Assembly: GCA_013239625.1 (NCBI GenBank)
Contig: MU056756.1
Coordinates: 806,001-870,000 of the forward strand
Source: Lama guanicoe
Taxonomy: Eukaryota
Direction of reading: 5' to 3'
Length of the DNA: 64,000 bases
Positions 55,501 through 62,364 of the stretch are shown piece after piece; position 1 is the first letter of the stretch; each line of letters starts with the position of its first letter. The notes under the pieces are model-generated. The model saw nothing but the letters and a program-made list of their open reading frames with translations. It had not been told where the DNA came from and made no database searches. Made by a program: the position numbers and the translations under genes.

Positions 55501-56928
55501 GGTTTCCCGTTGCAGATCGTGGCAAGGTGATCGGTGGCTTACCTGACGTGGTGACCATCATGGAGGGCAAGGTGAGAGCAGGTGGGGATGCTCGGGGTGG
55601 GGGGCAGGGTGACCACGTCCTGCCGGGCCCAGGCTGCCCCCGATAACCTGTGTCGTCAAGGGACGGAACAGTCTAACATTCCGAGTCCAAACGCAGCGGC
55701 CTCACGACGCTGGGCACACAATACACGGCCGTGTTTGTGGCAACTGGTGTTTCCAGCCCTGGGCACCCACCTGGTGCTGACGCCAGGCCCGTTCAAGGGC
55801 ATCACTGAACAAGGAGCGGGGCGGGGGGGCCACACCCACTGCTGCACGACCCCCCACTGTGTGCAAAGCTGGGAGCCACCTCGTCAAGTGGGAAATAAAA
55901 AACCACCTCTGCTCAATTTCAAGGTCGTTTTGGAATGTATGTTGGGAACCATTCGTTGGAGTCTTAATTTGTCACCCGTCAGTGGCATTACTGACATCTA
56001 ACTGGTAACTTCTCTGGGTGCTTGAGTGATCCCACCTTAGTGTCACGGGGACACAGTCACTTGGGGGATTTTTTTGAGGCCAGAATACCCAAATCTTTCG
56101 CCCTTTTCTCCAGCAGCTGAAGAGCTGTGGCTGAACAGTTAAGGATCTCACAACAAAGGTGGAGAAATTAGCACCCACTTCCTTTGTCGTGGAAGGAAAG
56201 CGTGTTTCACTCAGTGTCAACAGTGCCATTTACCATTAGACAGTGTATTCTCTGGATTTGCTGAAGGAGCTGGTGAAGGGGGTTCACACGTCTGCACAGG
56301 AAGAAAATTAGAAACAGGCTGAAAATACCCACTGGAAACACAGGGCTTGACTACCTTCATGTTTTTAAATCGACTAAGCCATGGATTAAGCTTGAGGATA
56401 AACAGAAAAGAGCACCGTTGACTTTCCTCACGGGCTGCCCTGCTTCCTGCTCTAGCTGGATCCCTGCTGTCTAGCCTGGTGCTCACATACGTAAAGAGCA
56501 CGTTGAGTAAACAACGTGAAGGACAGAGGAGCACCCCGCCCACTCCGAGGCCGCCTGCCTGTTCTTTCTCTAACGCTCCCTTCTCTCCCCCTACCCCGCC
56601 CTCCCCGCAGACCTTGAACCTGACCTGCACAGTGTTCGGGAACCCCGACCCCGAGGTGGTCTGGTACAAGAATGACAAGGACATCGAGCTCAGTGAGCAC
56701 TTCCAGGTCAAGGTGGAGCAGGCCAAGTACGTCAGCATGACCATCAAGGGCGTGACCTCCGAGGACTCGGGCCGGTACAGCATGAGCGTCAAGAACAAGT
56801 ACGGCGGCGAGAAGATCGACATCACGGTCAGCGTGTACAAGCACGGGGAGCCGCTCCCGGACGTGGCGCCGCCCCAGCAGGCCCGGCCCAAGCTCATCCC
56901 TGCGTCCGCGACCTCGCCCACCCACTGA
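4431..56928 (+). CDS. MYOM2: Myomesin-2 (M-protein), complete spliced CDS, 36 coding exons, 1467 aa
   Basis: join(4431..4537,5635..5796,9229..9367,9453..9610,10660..10752,14671..14759,14851..14901,15636..15800,18496..18657,20702..20843,22878..23077,23671..23724,28183..28310,29506..29689,30545..30719,32154..32275,33875..34062,35495..35621,36418..36596,37723..37837,38755..38911,39001..39107,40712..40756,41235..41371,44088..44232,44335..44394,45695..45762,46980..47093,47261..47348,47875..47913,50165..50270,52696..52859,53115..53151,54514..54536,55516..55571,56611..56928). Total 4404 nt, open frame, all introns GT-AG. Translation MSLVTLPFYQKRHKHFDQSYRNIQTRYLLDEY...PPQQARPKLIPASATSPTH* matches recalled mammalian myomesin-2 along its length. 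Confidence 0.97.
4751..4830. repeat. 10-bp period minisatellite (GATCCYGGNN)x8
   Basis: GATCCCGGCT GATCCTGGGA GATCCTGGGT AAATCTGGTA GACCCTGGGA GATCCCGGCT GATCCTGGGA GTGCCTGGTA. Confidence 0.8.
5635..5796 (+). CDS. MYOM2: MYOM2 exon 3, Ser/Gln-rich My1 head with KRVS motif
   Basis: ccccaag|G; RTSTRSSSQKTVAQKSSSQRASSQTAEGATTCRICAKRVSAALEEEEAQETKR; AG|gtaacc. Confidence 0.9.
9229..9367 (+). CDS. MYOM2: MYOM2 exon 4 (My1)
   Basis: ccgcag|G; YQSLVAAYGEAKRERFLRELAQLEEDVHLARSHAQDKLDRFALQHM; |gtaggg. Confidence 0.94.
9453..9610 (+). CDS. MYOM2: MYOM2 exon 5 (My1 end, Ig My2 start)
   Basis: ggacag|; VDDRLAWERPSYEERLSRAPEILVRLRSHTVWERMPVKLCFTVQGFPTPVVQW; TG|gtgagt. Confidence 0.94.
10660..10752 (+). 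CDS. MYOM2: MYOM2 exon 6 (Ig My2)
   Basis: attcag|G; YKDGSLICQAGEPGKYSIESKYGVHTLEIN; AG|gtgaga. Confidence 0.95.
14671..14759 (+). CDS. MYOM2: MYOM2 exon 7 (Ig My2)
   Basis: tcccag|G; ADFDDSATYSAVATNVHGQVSTNAAVVVR; A|gtgagt. Confidence 0.95.
14851..14901 (+). CDS. MYOM2: MYOM2 exon 8 (My2-My3 linker)
   Basis: ttgcag|; RFRGDEEPFRSVGLPIG; T|gtaagt. Confidence 0.94.
15207..15547 (-). mobile_element. MLT1A-like MaLR solo LTR
   Basis: TGTCTTGGTCAGCTCAGGCGCTGTAACGAACACCAC...GGGGGCTG...CCAAGGTCAAGG...AGGGCACTGATCCCA...GGGCTTCGACATG follows the MLT1 LTR motif order. Confidence 0.65.
15636..15800 (+). CDS. MYOM2: MYOM2 exon 9 (Ig My3)
   Basis: ccgcag|; LPLSPVIPYMHFDVQFVEKFGVTFRREGETLTLKCLLLVTPELKRVQPRAEWYRD; G|gtgagt. 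Confidence 0.95.
16100..16290 (-). mobile_element. MIR SINE relic
   Basis: GAGCTGGGACTCGAACCCGGGCCGCCTGGCTGCAG is the reverse of the MIR tRNA head with B box; degenerate core upstream. Confidence 0.55.
18496..18657 (+). CDS. MYOM2: MYOM2 exon 10 (Ig My3)
   Basis: ttccag|; DVLLKESQWTKMFFGEGQASLSFSHLNKDDEGLYTLRIVSRGGVRDHSAFLFVR; G|gtgtgc. Confidence 0.95.
20702..20843 (+). CDS. MYOM2: MYOM2 exon 11 (FnIII My4)
   Basis: caccag|; DADPLVTGAPGAPMDLQCHDANRDYVIVTWKPPNTTTESPVLGYFID; CG|gtgagt. Confidence 0.95.
22878..23077 (+). CDS. MYOM2: MYOM2 exon 12 (FnIII My4)
   Basis: ctgaag|C; CEVGTDNWVQCNDAPVKICKYPVTGLLEGRSYIFRVRAVNSAGTSRPSRVSEAVAALDPLDLKRLH; G|gtaggt. Confidence 0.94.
23671..23724 (+). CDS. 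MYOM2: MYOM2 exon 13 (My4-My5 linker)
   Basis: ccgcag|CAG (tandem acceptor); AAHLGGHKETVTYQDDLE; G|gtaagg. Confidence 0.9.
23937..23967. repeat. (GT)n microsatellite
   Basis: About 15 GT units with one interruption. Confidence 0.9.
26298..26405 (+). mobile_element. MIR SINE relic
   Basis: GGCTTTGGAATCAGAAGACTTGGG...CCACTAGCCATGTGATCTGAGGAAG...CCCTGAGCTCCGTT. Confidence 0.5.
28183..28310 (+). CDS. MYOM2: MYOM2 exon 14 (FnIII My5)
   Basis: ctccag|; GEVQIPAPPTNVHVSETSRTYVVLSWDPPAHRGKDPLMYFIEK; |gtactc. Confidence 0.94.
28531..28593. repeat. 9-bp period minisatellite (CMYGGGGYA)x6-7
   Basis: CCCGGGGCA CACGGGGCA CCTGGGGCA CACGGGGTA CCCGGGGCA CACGGGGCA CACAGGGAG. Confidence 0.85.
29506..29689 (+). 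CDS. MYOM2: MYOM2 exon 15 (FnIII My5)
   Basis: ttgcag|; SVVGSGSWQRVNAQTAVRSPRYAVFDLADGKSYVFRVLSANKHGLSDPSEITAPVQAQDTI; G|gtgagt. Confidence 0.95.
30046..30153 (-). mobile_element. tRNA-Ala-derived SINE (camelid vic-1-like) with 11-bp target-site duplication
   Basis: Reverse complement GGGGGGAGGGCGCAGCTCAGCGCTAGAGCGCGTGCTCCGCATACACGAGGTCCTGGGGTCAATCCCCAGCACCTCTG...TTGCCTCCCCACC(A)n, with degenerate A and B boxes; GGTTTGATTTT at 30035-30045 and 30155-30165. Confidence 0.85.
30545..30719 (+). CDS. MYOM2: MYOM2 exon 16 (FnIII My6)
   Basis: gcccag|; AVPSAPGRVLASRNTKTSVVVQWDRPKHEEDLLGYYVDCCVAGSKVWEPCNHKPIGYN; AG|gtgctg. Confidence 0.94.
31530..31672 (-). mobile_element. MIR SINE relic
   Basis: AGTAGGTACTATGATCCCATTTTACAGACGGAAG...AGAGGTCAGGCAGCTTG, MIR core. 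Confidence 0.6.
32154..32275 (+). CDS. MYOM2: MYOM2 exon 17 (FnIII My6)
   Basis: ccgcag|G; FVVHGLTTGEQYIFRVKAVNAVGTSENSQESDVIKVQAAL; A|gtgagt. Confidence 0.95.
33432..33461. repeat. Perfect tandem repeat (CACTGGTCAC)x3
   Basis: Read directly from the sequence. Confidence 0.9.
33611..33628. repeat. (GT)9 microsatellite
   Basis: Read directly from the sequence. Confidence 0.85.
33875..34062 (+). CDS. MYOM2: MYOM2 exon 18 (FnIII My7)
   Basis: ctgcag|; TVPSYPYGITLLNCDGHAMTLGWKVPKFSGGSPILGYYIDKREAHHTNWHEVNSLPLKERILT; |gtgggt. Confidence 0.95.
35495..35621 (+). CDS. MYOM2: MYOM2 exon 19 (FnIII My7)
   Basis: aaatag|; VEGLTEGSTYEFKIAAANLVGIGEPSDPSEPFKCEAWTAPQP; G|gtaaga. Confidence 0.94.
36418..36596 (+). 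CDS. MYOM2: MYOM2 exon 20 (FnIII My8)
   Basis: tttcag|; GPAYDLTFCEVRDTSLVMLWKAPVYSGSSPISGYFVDYKEEDSGEWITVNEAATTNRYLK; |gtgacg. Confidence 0.95.
37723..37837 (+). CDS. MYOM2: MYOM2 exon 21 (FnIII My8)
   Basis: ttccag|; VCDLHQGKTYVFRVRAVNASGVGRPSDTSEPVLVEARP; G|gtgagc. Confidence 0.95.
38755..38911 (+). CDS. MYOM2: MYOM2 exon 22 (Ig My9)
   Basis: ctgcag|; GTKEVSAGVDEEGNIYLSFDCQEMTDASHFTWCKSYEDIAGDERFRVETVGD; CA|gtaagt. Confidence 0.95.
39001..39107 (+). CDS. MYOM2: MYOM2 exon 23 (Ig My9)
   Basis: tttcag|C; SKLYFKNPDKSDIGTYSVSVSDTDGVSSSLVLDEE; G|gtaacg. Confidence 0.95.
40712..40756 (+). CDS. MYOM2: MYOM2 exon 24 (My9-My10 helical linker)
   Basis: ttctag|; ELDRLMALSNEIKNP; A|gtaagt. Confidence 0.94.
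41235..41371 (+). CDS. MYOM2: MYOM2 exon 25 (Ig My10)
   Basis: ctccag|; TIPLKSELAYEVFDKGQVRFWLQAEHLSPDASYRFVINDREVSDSE; |gtgagt. Confidence 0.95.
41693..41854 (-). mobile_element. LINE-1 extreme 3' fragment, antisense in intron 25
   Basis: TTGAAGTGTGGTTG...TTCTGGCGTGCAGCACAGTG...GTTCCCCGTGCTGCACGGTAGAACCTTG; homologous to the 43751 and 59304 copies. Confidence 0.75.
43751..43981 (-). mobile_element. LINE-1 3' fragment, antisense, just upstream of exon 26
   Basis: TTAATTGAAGTGTGGTTG...ACTGAATATAGTTCCCTGTGC...GTTTATCCCTCC aligns by eye to the reverse complement of about 59610-59835. Confidence 0.85.
44088..44232 (+). CDS. MYOM2: MYOM2 exon 26 (Ig My10)
   Basis: tcccag|; AHRIKCDKSTGIVEMVMDRFTEDNEGTYTVQLHDGKAKSQSSLVLIGD; G|gtatcg. 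Confidence 0.95.
44335..44394 (+). CDS. MYOM2: MYOM2 exon 27 (My10-My11 helical linker)
   Basis: gtttag|; AFKAVLKEAEFQRKEFLRKQ; G|gtaggt. Confidence 0.94.
45695..45762 (+). CDS. MYOM2: MYOM2 exon 28 (Ig My11)
   Basis: ctgcag|; GPHFAEYLHWDVTDKCEVRLVCK; |gtgagg. Confidence 0.95.
45824..45851. other. Assembly gap (28 N) in intron 28
   Basis: Run of n. Confidence 0.99.
46980..47093 (+). CDS. MYOM2: MYOM2 exon 29 (Ig My11)
   Basis: ttgtag|; VANTKKETVFKWLKDDVLYETDKAPDLEKGVCELLIPK; |gtaccg. Confidence 0.95.
47261..47348 (+). CDS. MYOM2: MYOM2 exon 30 (Ig My11)
   Basis: ttgcag|; LSKKDHGEYKATLKDERGQDVSVLEVAGK; G|gtagac. Confidence 0.95.
47875..47913 (+). CDS. MYOM2: MYOM2 exon 31 (My11-My12 helical linker)
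   Basis: tttcag|; VYEDMILAMSRVC; G|gtaagt. Confidence 0.94.
49557..49610. other. Assembly gap (54 N) in intron 31
   Basis: Run of n. Confidence 0.99.
50165..50270 (+). CDS. MYOM2: MYOM2 exon 32 (Ig My12)
   Basis: ctgcag|; GTSASPLKVLCTPEGIKLQCFMKYFMEDMKVNWYH; AA|gtaagt. Confidence 0.95.
51405..51525 (-). mobile_element. MIR SINE relic
   Basis: TTTTACAGACGTGGAAACTGAGG...CTTGCTCAAAGTCACACGACTAGTAAG, MIR core. Confidence 0.7.
51897..52399 (-). mobile_element. Older LINE-1 (L1M-type) 3' fragment, antisense in intron 32
   Basis: ATTGTGGTGAAATACAC...CCATTTTAACC...GATGGACACTTG...TTCCACCTTTTGGCTGTTGTG...TTTCAGTTCTTTTGGGTAT, recognisable L1M 3' motifs; subfamily not determined. Confidence 0.75.
52696..52859 (+). 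CDS. MYOM2: MYOM2 exon 33 (Ig My12)
   Basis: ttgaag|G; DAKIASSEHMRIGGSEEMAWLQICEPTEKDKGKYTFEIFDGKDRHQRSLDLSGQ; G|gtcaga. Confidence 0.94.
53115..53151 (+). CDS. MYOM2: MYOM2 exon 34 (My12-My13 helical linker, part 1)
   Basis: ttgcag|; AFDEAFAEFQQL; AA|gtaaga. Confidence 0.93.
53480..53793 (-). mobile_element. Old LINE-1 (L1MC-like) 3' end, antisense in intron 34
   Basis: TTTATTTTTTTAGAGCAGTTTCAGGTTCA...GAAGGTACACAGATGTCCC...CCATGGTTTACAC, as in recalled L1MC 3' ends. Confidence 0.65.
53795..53972. mobile_element. TcMar-Tigger-type non-autonomous DNA transposon relic (MER8-like)
   Basis: TGAACAACACGGGTTTCAACT...GGGTCTGCTTACACGTGAATCTTTTTCAGTAGTAAA...GGAGGGCCG...CCCTTAACCC resembles the recalled Tigger-derived MITE consensus. 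Confidence 0.6.
54514..54536 (+). CDS. MYOM2: MYOM2 exon 35 (23-nt microexon, My12-My13 helical linker, part 2)
   Basis: tttcag|G; AAAFAEK; A|gtaagt; needed to keep the frame between exons 34 and 36. Confidence 0.92.
55516..55571 (+). CDS. MYOM2: MYOM2 exon 36 (Ig My13)
   Basis: ttgcag|; NRGKVIGGLPDVVTIMEGK; |gtgaga. Confidence 0.94.
56611..56928 (+). CDS. MYOM2: MYOM2 exon 37, coding part (Ig My13 and tail)
   Basis: ccgcag|; TLNLTCTVFGNPDPEVVWYKNDKDIELSEHFQVKVEQAKYVSMTIKGVTSEDSGRYSMSVKNKYGGEKIDITVSVYKHGEPLPDVAPPQQARPKLIPASATSPTH, TGA at 56926-56928. Confidence 0.96.
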   Translation, partial: TLNLTCTVFGNPDPEVVWYKNDKDIELSEHFQVKVEQAKYVSMTIKGVTSEDSGRYSMSVKNKYGGEKIDITVSVYKHGEPLPDVAPPQQARPKLIPASATSPTH

Positions 56929-57222
56929 GGCCACTGGGCCGGTGGCCACCCGCGGGGCCAGGCAGGCCGTCCCGCCCTGGGCTTTTAGTCTTGGCATTTG
57001 GGTGTTAGTAGTTTCTGGCCTTCTGAGGGGAAGTGAATGATTCCCAGGAGGCTGTACCGCTTGACTGGCAGCTTGAGGTGAGCTGACGTCTTCACAGACG
57101 TTGGCGTGGGGGTTCTGTCCTCACTGTGGTCCTGTTTTCTGATCTGGGGGCTCCAAAAGGCTGGTTGGAGAGCCCATGGGTGGGTGCGCCTCCTTCTTCT
57201 CTGTTTTCTCTTGCTTCAGACG

Positions 57223-57228
57223 AATAAA
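57223..57228 (+). terminator. Probable MYOM2 polyadenylation signal (3' UTR about 56929-57250)
   Basis: First AATAAA after the stop codon; U-rich upstream and GTGTCTCT about 20 nt downstream. Confidence 0.75.
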
Positions 57229-59303
57229 ACTTTAAAAGGCAACTTCGAGTGTCTCTCCCGCGCCGACGTGCATCGGCATGGGGCTGCTCTCCCCTGGTTT
57301 GTTCCCTGACGGCTTGCGTGCGACTTCAGGGCTGCATCGAGCTGGCAGGGAGCCACCAGCCAGGAGCCCGGGGTGCCCCAGCCCCGCACAGCTCCCCAGG
57401 GGCCCCCATCAGGGCCTGGGGAGGAGTTTCCTGGACTGGCCCAGAGAGGTGTCCACACACCCCAGCTTCTAGGAAGGTGATGGCTTGTGTGGGCTCAGGA
57501 AACCTCTGTTGGGGAAAACAAAGAGTGGACGGTGTGTCACGTTTTGTATTAAGGACATTGCTCTCTAACAGGAAAAGCTTTGACAGCCCGGAATGTTTCC
57601 TCTCCCTGTCATTAAGGCCGATCCGAACTCTATGATACTGGGTTCTGTTTTCCTCAGGTGATAAAAGACGTCCTGAAATTTAAATACCAGCCGGCTGAGC
57701 AGGCTCCAGGAGTAGCATTTCTAAAATCCCTCTTGCCTCCTCTGTCGCACCTGTGATCTTGCTGCTGGACTGACGCTGGCCTGGTCCTGTCACAGGGGTC
57801 AGCTGACAGCCCACCAGCTGTGAGGTTTCTTCTCTTTAAACCATTTGGAAATTTCCAGACTCTGACCAAGACGCCGTGATGCTGCCCTCTGCTCGGTCAA
57901 ACCTGAGGCGGCTTCCTCCCGATTCGAGCCTCGGACTCAGAGATGCAGGGACATCTCCCGGGCTCCCGCCAGCTCTACAGACCCGGCCCCGGGAGCCTGC
58001 CCTCAGAGACAGGACCCTCAAGAAGACGGGGCCCAGTCTCCCAGTCTCTGTGGAGGTCAGCGTCACTCCAAGGAGCCACTGGGGGCGACCACAGCCCCGT
58101 CATAGTGGCCAGCCTGCCCTCCTGGCCTCCAAGGGTGTTCGGGCTGGATCTGACCGCTAGTTACTCTTTGGAAGTAAGGCTTCCACGTCTTCCCCCTCCC
58201 GCCTCCATCCCCCCACTCACCACGTCCCTATTGACTCTCCCAGCCCCTCTGCACACAGAGCACCCAGACGCTGGAGCTGGGACGATCAGACCTGGCTCCG
58301 CCTTCCATGCCGTGGGCGCCAGGGGCACTCACTGACTCGGGGCCTCAGCCCTCAGCTGCAAAATGTGGGTGATGGCAGGACCAGCCCCCAAGGCTCCAGC
58401 TGACAGCTTGGTGGTCACGTGATGAGCCCAGGTCAGGAGCCTGGGGTGGCACCTGGGCACAGCAGGAGCCACACACACGTCCGCTGTGATCATAACCATC
58501 CCGACTAGGGCTCAGAGTTCACACTGATATTTAACATTTAACTCAGGTTACTTCTCTCTTGATTTTTTCCCTCTTTTTCCTCAGCCACACCTTGCTGCTT
58601 TTTCTCCAGCATCTTCTCAGGGATTTATTGACAACTTGAGGCCGTTCTTCCCTGTGGATCTTCGAGGAAGTTTCCCAGGGAGTCAGTCCCCTCTGACCTT
58701 CACGATCGTTGTGTAGAGGCAAGGGTACACTGGTGGGTGTTTCTGTCCCTCATCCTGGTCCCAAAACACTCAGTTTTAAAACAAGGCTGTGGGAAGGGTG
58801 ACTTTGTGCCTCGTTCCTTCAAAATGGTGGCTTTGCCACCCTAGCAGTAGAAAAGGGAATTTTGGAGGCATTCGTGGCAATAATTTTAATTAGAGGAGTC
58901 AAGTGTCCCTCTCCACGCATGCTCAAAGCAAAGTGCAGGCGATATTTACGGCCCTGGTATAGAGCAGTGACCCACGCCCAGATCGCACTTTTCTACGCTT
59001 GGGACTGCACACACCACACCCACACACAGCAGAGGTCGGCCTTGAACCCCTGGCCTGGTGACCCGTGTCTCTCCAGGCAGCAGCAGCTGGTGCCACAGGT
59101 ACTCATAGACGCTTTGGCCTCTCTGATCGTAGCCTGGAGACACGGCACCACCACCTGCAGGCAGGTGGACCGGATGATGGCCCGTCACTCCAAAGACAGG
59201 CAGGCTGAACAGATGGCAGCTTCAGGGCTTTAATAAAACCCTTTGCCTCCCTTGAATCACCCTGGATGTGCACCTTGTTCACTGGAAAAAGAACTCAGTA
59301 TAA

Positions 59304-59844
59304 ACAGCCAAGATCTGGAAGCAACCAATGTCCATCGACAGAAGAATGGATAGTGAAGATGAAAATAGATAGACAGATACAGACACAACGGAATACTACT
59401 CAGCCACAAAAGAACGAAGTAATGCCATTTGCAGAACATGGATGGAATTGAAGATCCTCATACTAAGTAAAGTAAGTCAGACAGAAAGACAAATATCACA
59501 TGACATCACTTCTGTGTGAAATCTAAAAAAAGGACACAAGTGAACTTATTTACAAAACAAATAGAGTCACAGACATAGAAAACAAACTTATGGTTACCAG
59601 GGGGGAAAGGGCGGGGAGGGATAAATGGGGAGTTGGGGATTAACAGATGCACACTGTTATATATAAACTAGGTAAACAGCAAGGTCCTGCTGTAGAGCAC
59701 AGGGAACTATATTCAGTATCTTGTAATAACCTGTAGTGAAAAGGAATATGAAAATGAATATATATACGTACAAGTGAATCACTCTGCTGTACACCAGAAA
59801 CTAACATGACATTGTAAAGCAACTATACTTCAGTTAAAAAAAAA
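59304..59844 (+). mobile_element. LINE-1 3' fragment (ORF2 end, 3' UTR, A tail) with 17-bp target-site duplication
   Basis: ACAGCCAAGATCTGGAAGCAACCAATGTCCATCGACAGAAGAATGG...CAACTATACTTCAGTT(A)9; AAAAGAACTCAGTATAA at 59287-59303 and AAAAGGACTCAGTATAA at 59841-59857. Confidence 0.9.
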
Positions 59845-61149
59845 GGACTCAGTATAACAGCCTTTCCGAGGCCAGCTTCTCAGTGGCTTTGGGTTTTAAG
59901 TTCAAATGAGCCTTGGCGGCTGAGTTTCCCGCGGCTCCTGCTTGAAGTGAAGTTACGTGATAATCATGCTCTTAGATATATTAATTCTCAGCCTTGAGAA
60001 AAAACTCTTCATGCTAAATTAGTGAATGTGGAGAAGGTCCCCCAACTGGCTTCCTGTGCTCAGGGCCCCGGGAAACCGCTAGATGGCACGCGGAGAACAG
60101 GTCCTGAGCCTCTGCCTGCCTGGCCAAACCGGATCTGTCCTTTGTGATGCAAACACATCACCTAGTGAATGGGGGATTATTAAAGGCATTGCACTTACCC
60201 CAGTGACAAGGACAGGTCCGGCAAAGTACTGTTTCCAGGAAATAGCAGGTCATTTTGAAGGCAATAATATAGCCTCTTAATCTTCACATGATACACATTA
60301 GAAGGAATAAAACACACCTTGTGAGATATTACCAGGCTCTTATTGCATCAGTGAAGTCATAAAAATATGTGATCTATCTATATATTAAGCTTGGGGTATG
60401 AATTTTAAATATTCCATGTTTCACAGAGGCATGTCAAAGCCGGCAGCCTCCCTCATTTTTCAGAGCAGTAAATTACGGCTTTGGAATCTCACACGAAGCG
60501 CATGATTCTGCAGAGCCATCAGGTGGGGGCGGAGCAACGGAACTGGAGGAGTCGTTGGGTCATCGGGGCGCTGTGCTCACCCAGGTCTGTCCTTGACCGT
60601 TTTTTCAGTGGTGGTCCTGGTCCTCGATTTTTCAAGACTTTCTCATGGGGGATACTGGGGAGAGGAAGCTGCCGGGAGGCATTAGGACCTCCCAGCACTG
60701 TCTGTTCTAGTGAACAGACATGGTTAACTCTGTGGTCTCTACTTTTTTTTTTTAAATTTTAATTGCCCCATCGATGTACAGTGAAATAATAAATGGGACA
60801 AAGGATTACATATAACCATCTCTTTTATCTCCAGCTTAAAGTGAATGAGAAACCGTTTAAACATCATTTCATCTATAGAATTATGATGATATTTTTAAAC
60901 AAAAGGGGCATATAAAAGACGTACATTAAAGGGGTACATTAAGGATGAAAATGAAGGTAACCAGTCAATTCAGCCCACGGCGCCCAAAGCAGCATCTTCC
61001 AATTCGTCTTGATCACTCCCCACTCCAACTCCCACTCGCCAGCCACATTAATTTATCTGCTTTAATTTTGTTAAGGATGTTAGTCTGTTTCTTTCATTAC
61101 TTTTAATATATTGCTGTAAAAACGTGGTTGACACAGAGCACGGGGGAGG

Positions 61150-61230
61150 AGCCCAGGATTCTGTCCTGGCTCTACACAGACTAGCTACACGCTTCTGGGC
61201 TTCGGTTTCCTCCTCTGTAAAAGTGGGACC
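61150..61230 (+). mobile_element. MIR SINE relic
   Basis: TCCTGGCTCTAC...TCTGGGCTTCGGTTTCCTCCTCTGTAAAAGTGGG, MIR core. Confidence 0.55.
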
Positions 61231-62364
61231 AGCAGTCCTCAAGCCGAGCTCCACTCAGGGGCCACAGGACCCACCGCGTCACCAGTGCCCTGGCACCCCC
61301 CCGACCCGCCATCAGGGGCGCTCAGCTCTGGTCCTGTCTATGGGACTTCCCGAAAGACTCCTTGTCAACGGGTTCTCGGGATTTTTCATGTCTAGTGAGG
61401 ATCAGGCAGACAAAGGGTTTTCTAAGTACTGCCAAGACCTGCATTTTAGGATGTCAGCCCTCTGCCTGTCGCTTGGTGAGGGGTCAGTCCGAGAGCCCAG
61501 CTGCCAACTTGCGGGTGCGCGGAGCGGGCACAGATGGGCGGGCACGGCGCACCTGCGGTGCCGGAGGCGGGGCGGAGCCTGGGCTCCCGCAGGGCTGTTC
61601 TCTGGCTGCGGGGACCATAAGCCCCTGCTAGGCTCGTGTGCCCAGCGTGCCCGTGCCTTTGGCTTTGTTCCCATTGCCTAACTGAACCACCGAGAACGTT
61701 TAAAACACGTCACCTTCCGGGAAAGGGCTGCTGACCCGGAGCTCACCAGGTGAGAAATGGAGCCGCAGGTCACCTTTGCGCCCACCCGCCTCCTGCAGGC
61801 TGGCTCTGAAGGGGTGGAGCACGCCTGAGGGTCAGCAGGGCGTCTGTTGCCCAGGCAGAGCCTCAGGGCCCGGGGACAGCCAAGGGGCTGGAAGGGGCGC
61901 GGAATCCAGGGACGCATCTGGGCACCCAGGCCGCAGCAGCTCCGCGCTGGGTGGGCGGAGGCCGGGAGGCCCGGGGCGGCCGTGCGGGGGAAGGGAGGGC
62001 GCTGTGCGCGGGGAGGGACCCACCTGCCCCGCGGGGACGCCCAGCGGGTGGGCGGGGCCTGCTCCGGCAGCGCCTCGCCCCGGGAAAGCGTAAGAACGCG
62101 CCGCAGAGGCAGCGTCGCCCGTCAGTCTGGCACCGGCTTGAGGACGAACACACGGATCAGAGGCGGAAATCGTGGGCAGCACAAGAGCTCATCGCGGGAG
62201 CAGCTGGGTTCACGGTGGCCGGGGTGCGGGTCAACCCTGGGGAGGCCGCCCCCTGACGCTGGGAAACAGGGAGTCCCCGACGGGCTGCTCAGCAGGGCAC
62301 TTCAAACACAAATACCGTGGCAAACACGAGGTGCCTTTGCAGGACCCACTCCCACGCCCCTGCA

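Noticed and set aside
56217-56921. 234-aa antisense ORF over the last exon (also 9041-9595 over exons 4-5)
   Set aside because: Shadow frames of high-GC3 MYOM2 codons; no independent gene signals.
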